Shown in pieces: positions 54,165 through 64,000 of a stretch of DNA of 64,000 nucleotides. This DNA is from Eledone cirrhosa (lineage: Eukaryota). Under the pieces are notes generated by a model that was not told where the DNA came from, made no database searches, and saw only the letters and a program-made list of their open reading frames with translations. A program made the translations under genes and the position numbers. Location of the stretch: contig OZ024744.1 of assembly GCA_964016885.1 (NCBI GenBank), positions 100,254,001-100,318,000 of the forward strand, read 5' to 3'. Every line of letters begins with the position of its first letter. Position 1 is the stretch's first letter.

Positions 54165-54566
54165 ACCAACATATTCCTGAGAGGGTCTGGGGGGGGGGGG
54201 GGGGGGGGGGGGGGCAGAGATCTCAAACATTCCTTCCAGAGGGTCAGCGGGTTCTGTAAGAAGCAACAGTCTCCAACTCATTCGGCTGTATCCCCAAGCA
54301 AGACCGGCCAATCTCAGATGTTATCCAACCATCTTGCTTGGCATCTCTTGCTGGTTGGTTTTGCCCATAAAATCTGTTCAACAATTCTTTCCTTAGACAT
54401 TCTAACCACATGCCCATAGTATTGGAGCTGTGATCTCTCAATTTGGAGAAGTAGCGACTACATAGAGTGACTATGTGATCTTAGAGCTATGCACTCTATT
54501 GAGTAATGTTACTTCATTAAAAGACACCTCGGAGGAACCCCACTTCGGCCACATGTATTCGCGATC
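54165..54566 (-). mobile_element. 3' fragment of the RTE-like LINE
   Basis: Matches the 25950-26350 fragment. Confidence 0.72.
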
Positions 54567-54674
54567 TGTCAGACGACACACAACATAACACAATGCTACA
54601 TACACCTCATGAACACAGAGCTGCAAAAGTGGTGCAATAGAAATTCACATGAAACTACCAAAGAAGTAATAATA

Positions 54675-55168
54675 ATAATGATTTCTAGTATAGGCACAAG
54701 GCCAGTAATTTGGGGGGAGGGGAAAGTCGATTAAATCAACCCCAGTACGTTACTGGTACTTTATTTTATCGACCTCATAAGGATGAAAGGCAAAGTCAAC
54801 CTGGGCTGGATTTGGCCTCAGAACGTAAAGGGCCGTTATTCTATGCTCTGAAGTATTCTGATACTTTAGGCAAAAGGCCAGCAATTTGAAGGGGAGGGGA
54901 AAGTCGATTAAATCGACCCCAGTGCATTACTGGTGCTTTATTTAAGGACAAAAGGCAAAGCTAACCTCAATGGGATTGGAACTTAGCTCATAGTAATAAT
55001 TGTTTCTACTTTTAGCACAAGGCCAGCAATTACCCCAGTGCACTACTGGTACTTTATTTTATCGACCCCGTAAGGATGAAAGGCAAAGTTAACCTCGGTG
55101 GGATTTGAACTCAGAATGGCAAGGGCCATAACTATGCGCCAAAACATGGCGTCAGACCCTCTAATACT
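54675..55168 (-). mobile_element. Cluster of three SINE A copies
   Basis: Three tail/core segments in tandem. Confidence 0.85.
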
Positions 55169-55383
55169 GTTTATATATATTTTTGTCAATATACATTACT
55201 TTGTAAATATAATTGTCATTGTTAAAAAGATTAAAAAAAGATAATTTCTAGAGAAATTGGTGCTAAATATACAACTGTGCTGGTTTGTTAGATTTGGCTA
55301 AGATGTATTTCTTATGAAAAACTGGCAAAGGAGACCGAGTATATTTATTAGGGCTACTGCATTCCATTGGTGTCTTGTAAAGC

Positions 55384-55568
55384 TTAATCTTTTAACATTT
55401 ACATTACTCTATATATGCTATTGTATCTCACATAATATCGAATCCGAGATTTTTATATTTATTTTGAGAATACCTTATCAGTATGAGCGGTCGGTTACAG
55501 CCAGTTTGAACAGAAAGAGATGAGAGAATTCTGGCTGGATATGGCCGGTTTAAATGCTAAAGCGTTAA
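55384..55568. mobile_element. MITE family 1
   Basis: Degenerate TIRs, same internal sequence. Confidence 0.75.
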
Positions 55569-56250
55569 GACTGATTTGTATGATGCATATGGCAAAACAG
55601 ACCACCCTGTAAGGTGGTCATGCTGGTCACCAAAAAAAAAAAAAAAAAAAAAAAAAAACCACCAAAGTGGTCGTGCTGGCAACATAAAGAACACTTAGTC
55701 CAATCATGATGGTGACAACAAAAAGCACCTTGTTCACCTAGTAAGATGGTCATGTTGGCAACATATCAAAAAGCACTTCATCCACTCTAAAAGATAGTCA
55801 TGTTGGCGACAACAAATAGTACCTAGTCCACTCTGTAAAGCAGTTATGATGGTGACAACAAAAAGCACAGTCTATCCTGTAAAGTAGTCATGTTGGTAAC
55901 AACAAAATCACCTTATTCACTCTGTAGGGTGGTCACACAGTTCACAAGAAGCCCCTAGTAAGGTGGTCACCTGCATTTGTGAACTTAGGTGACGACAAAA
56001 GCACCCAGCTCACCCCATATGGTGGTCATGATGGTGACAAAATGCACACGGTCCACTCTGCAAGGTGGTCGTTTTGGTGCCATGATAAAAAGCATCTAAC
56101 CCACACAGTAAATGTGGTTGGTGTTAGGAAAGACATCCAGTTGTAGAAACCAAGCCAGAAACAGTACTGTATGAACAAGGGATGGTCATCTCATCCGACT
56201 TGTCTCAATGGGACAATCCATCTAACCCATGCTAATATGGAAAATAGACA

Positions 56251-56440
56251 TTAACTCTTTAGTATTTAAACCACCCATATCTGGCCAGAATTCTCTTACC
56301 TCCTTTTCAAATCGGCTGCTCATACTTATGTTAAGGTATTGTTGTTCTTAAAATAATATCAAAATCTCAAATTCGATATGCGAGATAATTATGTGAAATA
56401 AAGCCTTTACCGTGAAAATACAATAGTAAATATAGGTTAA
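56251..56440. mobile_element. MITE family 1, opposite orientation
   Basis: Same internal sequence, TTAA ends. Confidence 0.72.
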
Positions 56441-57224
56441 ACAGTGATGATGATGGAGAGCTAAAAAATATGTAAATAGAGTTATGTAAAGAAAGTTGTA
56501 TCCATTACAAACTAGAGACCTCAAGTTATGGTAAAATGTTGGAGTCAGATAAAGAAACATTGAATAAGATAGATTGGGATTTGTGCCATAATAAAAAGAG
56601 GGAAGCTTGCCTGATAGCATCACAATTTCTTTCCAAAACTATTCTTCAGGACACTGACTTTCTCTTCATCTTCCCTCGACAAAGAAAATTCAGGTCACAA
56701 CACAGAGACCCTTCTATACATAATGGAAGTTAGAGACCGGTGGTGACAGCTGACTATGAAAACATCTAGAGTGGCACTTCAACAAGTTCCTGCAACAGTT
56801 GCAGGAACTTGTTTAATTGATTGATTGCTAAGATAGAGAATAACAAATGTCCTGTTTCTAGAGATGAGAAGACAAATATTACCCAAGAACAAATAAAATG
56901 ACTTTGCCTTTGTCAACCAATAGAAGCGTCACAAACAAGTATGACGAAGTTAAATAGAGAGTGTATTGTCGATTTCATTTGCTGCCAAATATTAATTTAT
57001 CTTTCTGTCAGTATATATTTAGCAAGGGATTTAATATATCTACGAAAGAAGACATGGAAAGAAGTGAAGTTGGATCTGAGAGTGTTAAAATTCTGGAAAA
57101 ATAGATGTTAATATGAATATGCCAGTAGTACCAGTAAACCTTTTTGTGACAGCATTTCTAATGAAATGCACCCCCATTTCAATTAATTAACAAAGATCCT
57201 TATGCAATTTACTATGGCAGTTTA

Positions 57225-57358
57225 CGATCTGAGTTCGAATCCTGCCAAGGTTGACTTTGCCTTTCGTTCTTACGGGGGGGGGGGGGGGGGTCGATAAAAT
57301 AAAGTACCAGTAATGCACTGGGTAATTGCTAGCCTTGTGCCTAAAGTAGAAACAATTA
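57225..57358 (+). mobile_element. 5'-truncated SINE A nested in a TTAA MITE
   Basis: B-box, core with an expanded G run, and tail. Confidence 0.8.
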
Positions 57359-57675
57359 ATTATTTCATTACTAAGATAGAAATTCAACATACGATTCTTA
57401 TATAATATTATGCAAGATTTATTTTAAATAGGAACCCTTTTAAATGGTTGGTTTTGTTTCATAGAACCAGAGCTGCTTTTTGGCTGGATTGATATCAAAG
57501 GGGTTAAACCATAATGTTTGCGAGCAAAAGCTCGTATCAAGGGTCATAAATTTATTATTAAAATAGCATACTGATCTCCTTTCTCCTCCCACCACTTGCA
57601 CAGAACAGAATGTTCTTTAGTGTTGGTGCCACAATAATGCACGCAATACATGCTGTAAAGTAGTTGGAAGGGCAT

Positions 57676-60600
57676 TTTATCATGGCACCAGCACTACCAC
57701 TTTATAGCTTGTACTGGGGAACCAGTCATCATGGCACCAGCACTACCACCTTACAGATTGTAGTGGGGAACCAGTCATCATGGCACCAGCACTACCACCT
57801 TACAGATTGTAGTGGGGAACCAGTCATCATGGCACCAGCACTACCACCTTACAGATTGTAGTGGGGAACCAGTCATCATGGCACCAGCACTACCACCTTA
57901 CAGCATGTAGTGGAGAACCAGTCATCATGGCACCAGCACTACCACCTTACAGCATGTAGTGGAGAACCAGCCATCATGGCACCAGCAGTACCACCTTACA
58001 GCATGTACTGGGGAACCAGCCATCATGGCACCAGCACTACCACCTTACAGCATGTAGTGGAGAACCAGTCATCATGGCACCAGCACTACCACCTTACAGC
58101 ATGTAGTGGGGAACCAGCCATCATGGCACCAGCACTACCACCTTACAGCATGTAGTGGGGAACCAGTCATCATGGCACCAGCACTACCACCTTACAGATT
58201 GTACTGGGAGAACCAGTCATCATGGCACCAGCAGTACCACCTTACAGCATGTAGTGGAGAACCAGTCATCATGGCACCAGCACTACCACCTTACAGCTTG
58301 TACTGGGGAACCAGCCATCATGGCACCAGCACTACCACCTTACAGCATGTAGTGGAGAACCAGCCATCATGGCACCAGCACTACCACCTTACAGCATGTA
58401 CTGGGGAACCAGCCATCATGGCACCAGCACTACCACCTTACAGCATGTAGTGGAGAACCAGTCATCATGGCACCAGCACTACCACCTTACAGATTGTACT
58501 GGGAGAACCAGTCATCATGGCACCAGCACTACCACCTTACAGCATGTAATGGGGAACCAGCCATCATGGCACCAGCACTACCACCTTACAGCATGTACTG
58601 GGGGAACCAGTCATCATGGCACCAGCACTACCACCTTACAGCATGTACTGGGGGAACCAGCCATCATGGCACCAGCACTACCACCTTACAGCATGTACTG
58701 GGGAACCAGTCATCATGGCACCAGCACTACCACCTTACAGCATGTAGTGGAGAACCAGTCATCATGGCACCAGCACTACCACCTTACAGATTGTACTGGG
58801 GGAACCAGCCATCATGGCACCAGCACTACCACCTTACAGCATGTACTGGGGGAACCAGCCATCATGGCACCAGCACTACCACCTTACAGCATGTACTGGG
58901 GGAACCAGCCATCATGGCACCAGCACTACCACCTTACAGCATGTACTGGGGAACCAGTCATCATGGCACCAGCACTACCACCTTACAGCATGTAATGGGG
59001 AACCAGCCACCATGGCACCAGCACTACCACCTTACAGCATGTAGTGGGGAACCAGTCATCATGGCACCAGCACTACCACCTTACAGATTGTACTGGGAGA
59101 ACCAGCCATCATGGCACCAGCACTACCACCTTACAGCATGTAGTGGGGAACCCGTCATCATGGCACCAGCAGTACCACCTTACAGCATGTAGTGGAGAAC
59201 CAGTCATCATGGCACCAGCACTACCACCTTACAGCATGTAGTGGGGAACCAGCCATCATGGCACCAGCACTACCACCTTACAGCATGTAGTGGAGAACCA
59301 GTCATCATGGCACCAGCACTACCACCTTACAGATTGTACTGGGAGAACCAGTCATCATGGCACCAGCACTACCTCCTTACAGCATGTACTGGGGAACCAG
59401 TCATCATGGCACCAGCACTACCACCTTACAGCTTGTAGTGGAGAACCAGCCATCATGGCACCAGCACTACCTCCTTACAGCATGTACTGGGGAACCAGTC
59501 ATCATGGCACCAGCACTACCTCCTTACAGCATGTACTGGGGAACCAGTCATCATGGCACCAGCACTACCTCCTTACAGCATGTACTGGGGAACCAGCCAT
59601 CATGGCACCAGCAGTACCACCTTACAGATTGTACTGGGGAACCAGTCATCATGGCACCAGCACTACCACCTTACAGCATGTACTGGGGGAACCAGCCATC
59701 ATGGCACCAGCAGTACCACCTTACAGCATGTAGTGGAGAACCAGCCATCATGGCACCAGCACTACCACCTTACAGCATGTACTGGGGGAACCAGTCATCA
59801 TGGCACCAACACTACCACCTTACAGCATGTACTGGGGGAACCAGTCATCATGGCACCAGCAATACCACCTTACAGCATGTACTGGGGGAACCAGTCATCA
59901 TGGCACCAGCACTACCACCTTACAGATTGTACTGGGGAACCAGCCATCATGGCACCAGCAGTACCACCTTACAGCATGTAGTGGAGAACCAGCCATCATG
60001 GCACCAGCACTACCACCTTACAGATTGTACTGGGGAACCAGTCATCATGGCACCAGCACTACCACCTTACAGATTGTACTGGGGAACCAGCCATCATGGC
60101 ACCAGCAGTACCACCTTACAGCATGTAGTGGAGAACCAGCCATCATGGTACCAGCACTACCTCCTTACAGATTGTACTGGGGGACCAGTCATCATGGCAC
60201 CAGCACTACCACCTTACAGATTGTACTGGGGGAACCAGCCATCATGGCACCAGCACTACCACCTTACAGCATGTAGTGGAGAACCAGCCATCGTGGCACC
60301 AGCACTACCACCTTACAGATTGTACTGGGGAACCAGCCATCATGGCACCAGCAGTACCACCTTACAGATTGTACTGGGGAACCAGCCATCATGGCACCAG
60401 CAGTACCACCTTACAGCATGTAGTGGGGAACCAGTCATCATGGCACCAGCAGTACCACCTTACAGCATGTAGTGGAGAACCAGCCATCATGGCACCAGCA
60501 CTACCTCCTTACAGATTGTACTGGGGGAACCAGCCATCATGGCACCAGCACTACCACCTTACAGATTGTACTGGGGGAACCAGCCATCATGGCACCAGCA

Positions 60601-60716
60601 CTACCACCTTACAGATTGTACTGGGGGAACCAGCCATCATGGCACCAGCACTACCACCTTACAGATTGTACTGGGGGAACCAGCCATCATGGCACCAGCA
60701 CTACCACCTTACAGAT
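57676..60716. repeat. 49-50-bp minisatellite, ~61 units, in intron 1
   Basis: Unit ATCATGGCACCAGCACTACCACCTTACAGCATGTAGTGGGGAACCAGTC; G-run length varies. Confidence 0.98.
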
Positions 60717-61094
60717 TACATATCAATAAATGTAATTTAAATTTTGTGAATAAAGAGTTACTTTTAATTAATATATCATGAAGGAATGTTAAGTAAATTT
60801 GCTTGTCTATGCAGACAGACTTTGACAAAACATTTTAAAGAAAAGTTAAGTTTTGTTGAAATTGGTGTAGAGAAATGACATGGTGAATTCAGCTTCAGAC
60901 TTCATTGCTCGACAAACTGAAGATTGCAAGTTGTCAAAGTACCTGCTGCTTTCCCATAGATTTAAGGTCAGAACTATAACTATGGAAGCATCTGGTACCT
61001 TGGGTTCCTGCACCATCTCCCTACTTACTGTCATTGGGACAAAAATGGCCATCTTCAAGTAGATTAGACTGCAAGTTAGATTAGACTAGCTCTT

Positions 61095-61560
61095 TCACTG
61101 TGCATCTCCTATCTTCTGGGGTAATGCATTCACAATTCTATCCACTGGGGCCATGAGGTAACATTCACCAGGGGTTTTGAAAAGGAAACAAGATGGAGGT
61201 ATTGGACTGGGCTATTTCAGCACATCACTCACTATTCTCTGGGGTAATACAGTCAGAATTCTACCCAGTGGATCAGAAAACAACATTTGATGTTTTGCAA
61301 AGAACTTGAGATGATGGTGGTGTTGGACTGGTTCTATCAGCATACCCTTTAGCCCCCCCCCCTCCCTCCAGGGTAACTAACACATCACAATTCAGTCTAC
61401 CATAACCACAAGACATCTATGTCTGATGTTTTACAAAGGACATGAGATGGTAAGTGTTGGACTGGTTCTACCAGCATACCTCTTCTGCTATCCTCGAGGG
61501 TAACTAATACATAACCACAGTTCTGTCCACGATCATCTGTCTGGTGTTTTTACAAAGGAC
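61095..61560. repeat. Old degenerate ~120-bp tandem repeat (~4 units)
   Basis: Recurring GGGGTAA..CACAATTCTA...GAGATG..GTGTTGGACTGG. Confidence 0.65.
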
Positions 61561-63683
61561 AGAAGATATGTCTTATGTCAAAATAACGAAATGCACTTAG
61601 TTTGAACCAGAAGTCTTCATCTGCACTAAACAGATGTACACGAAGTGTCCTGAAGTAGGTATCTCTACATGCAAGTAATCTCTACAGCTGAATAAGAGAA
61701 AATCTAGAAATACAATATTTAAAGACTTATGTTGGAAGGAGAAATAGAATTACTTCTACCAGACAGATTAGGATAGAATTCTTTAACATGTAGGATATAC
61801 AGAACAGAACGGCTATAGATAGTGGAAAGTTTGGACTTGTATAATCATATGGTCAATAATAGTCTAGCCCCTTAACCTTGAGATAGGTCGAAGTTCTGTT
61901 TTAGAATAAGAAGTAGTAGGCATAGGTGTAGCAGAACAAGGCTGATAAAGCTGTGGGGATTACTATGGGAAATTCAGGGTTTGGTGGCTGGGTAGATGAG
62001 AAGTGGGTAAGTAGTTAGAGTGAACATATCAGAATGGATCACGACTGGTACACACACAGTACCACACACGTACTATGTGTGTGTACATATGTGTGTATGT
62101 TGTCCCAACAAATCGGTTGTGACCTTATCTCCCTCACTACAGGGGGAGGGGATATTTAAACTGGGACAAAGTATGAATGATAAAGGATGATTGTGTACAT
62201 ATGTAGTCGAGCTGGTTTAATTAATGACTAGGTATTAAAGAGTTAAGCGCTGTTAAGGGTAATAATAGCTACATGAAGGTGAATAATAGCTACATGTACA
62301 AGAATATGAACAGTTAAAATGTCCATAGGAACTGTTTAAGCAGAGCAGTAAGTGTGTACAATAATAAATAATAAAATTCCCCAATCAATACAGGCTGTCA
62401 GATGTAAACTTAATAGATAAACTATTCATATGAAACAGTTTAACGATGTAACTTGATGTTAATTTTGAATGTAACAATGTCAAAGGACAAGAGAACAAAC
62501 TAAGTCATCTAACAATTAAAAAAATTATCTTTGAAAAAAGTCGTGTCCAAGTACCTCAGCAAACCGTTTGTTCATTAAAACATCGTATAAAACAATAAGT
62601 GAATTCTGTGAATTAAGAGCCACTTTCAGATAATATATCTTGAGGAAAAGTTACCAAAATTTTGCTTCTCAGGGCAGACGCAATTTGACAATAAAAATTA
62701 AAAAGAGTTGAGTTTTTTTATTTTGGTGTGTGTGTGTGGGGGGGGGGGGGGGGGGGTTACACTGCAGCTAGTTCACTGGATATTAAAAAACATCTTATTA
62801 ATTAGTTCAAATGTAGGGTTGTATAGAGTGCTTAACACCACAAACATGTTTACGTTGTTATATAAACACAAATTAATGCAAGATAACTTGAGGAATTTTC
62901 AAAAGTTATCCAACATTTAATGCAACAAAAATATATAATAAATATATATATTCTTTAAAATTATTTAATTTTAAAGAGAATAAAATCAAATTATGAAGAA
63001 AAACACAAAACCTTCATTAGAGTTAGTTTGTGAACCGAACTTACCTGCCTTTAATTAAAGTAGTAATAGGTGAGAAATATAAATACATTTAAAACGTCAC
63101 GAACACTTTATTGCTTATAAAGGAGTTTTCGCTGACGGCAGTTAAAATACGATATATTAAAAAACAACTGCTAAATTAATTGATAAGCAAGCAATAACTT
63201 TAACCTTGCCTTTTAACCTTGACACACCAAAACGACATCTCCAGTGAAGAGAAATACGTTACATAACAATATAGACATTTAAAGAGAAAAACAGAGGTTT
63301 GATAATAAAAATACATCAATCTTTAATAAATAGATTTTCTCAAAATGTACAAGCAGACAGATATAAGATTTAATGGGTGTGTGTGTGACATTTGTAAATA
63401 AGTATTAAATATTTCAAGTACTTCGAGGTTTATAACTGTACTAGACTATAATAAACAAGTTCAACATTATCATATAATGCAAAATAACTGACAACAACAA
63501 CTATTATATATTAATAACCAAGAAATATTTTAGAAAATGCAATTGTATTTCATTCCACGTACAATTTAGACCAATTAAAACGGTATTCATTGAGTTACAA
63601 AGAAATATATATATATATATTTAAAGCAATGAATGTATATCAACATTTTAGATCAGCAATAATTATAATAAAAACTAACATAC

Positions 63684-63768
63684 CTTGTCGTTCATTATCA
63701 GTTTTAGTTGAATTTTGTGATTCTTTTTCAACGTGATTGTTATCATCCACAGCAGAGATACCAGCCAT
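63684..63768 (-). CDS. CLUH: CLUH probable first coding exon (MAGISAVDDNNHVEKESQNSTKTDNERQ, ends phase 1)
   Basis: ATG at 63768, 28 open codons plus G, donor AAG|GTATGT. Phase 1 joins exon 2 (G+CT=Ala). The N-terminus is not conserved, so support is only phase, donor and composition. Confidence 0.7.
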
Positions 63769-63860
63769 AATTCTGAACTGTCTGCAAGCTTGTTCAAAGG
63801 AGCACGTGTGTGGCGGACGTAGCAGAAAACTAACTGAAGTCGTTGCTTACTCTCGAACTT
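63769..63860 (-). promoter_or_regulatory. Candidate 5' UTR / proximal promoter of CLUH
   Basis: Locally CpG-containing unique sequence just upstream of the ATG, with CACGTG at 63803-63808. No TSS evidence available. Confidence 0.3.
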
Positions 63861-64000
63861 ATATAGAACTTACATCAAATTCCCTGTTTAACTTGCATTG
63901 GCAATCTCTGACAATATGCTTTAAGTATATAAAAAAAGGAAATACTTATATATTAGAGCAAGTTTGTGTGAAATATATCATATGTAAATCTTTTTTAATA

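Noticed and set aside
57664-60781. Many overlapping ORFs (MAPALPPYSM.., WHQHYHLT..)
   Set aside because: Translations of a 49-50-bp repeat with shifting frames.

Overview
Eukaryotic, AT-rich, repeat-dense DNA, probably from an octopod cephalopod (inferred from the SINE families, not proven). The whole window is the 5' portion of one minus-strand gene, CLUH/clueless (clustered mitochondria protein homolog). I traced 19 phase-compatible coding exons by hand, from an ATG at 63768 to a donor at 284 (2076 nt, 692 codons); the gene continues past base 1. One intron is GC-AG and follows a 41-nt exon. Intron 16 holds an ~18.9-kb, indel-free 30-bp minisatellite (~630 units) with a two-site variant code and ~4.1-4.3-kb higher-order duplications; the giant ORFs in the track come from this array. 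Other introns hold tRNA-derived SINEs, TTAA-flanked MITEs, a Tigger/pogo-like MITE, RTE-like LINE relics and several minisatellites. Main oddities: exon junctions that regenerate the upstream 5' splice site, tandemly amplified copies of a real donor site, long intronic inverted repeats, and a SINE insertion that captured an inverted copy of its flank. I found no convincing novel protein-coding system.
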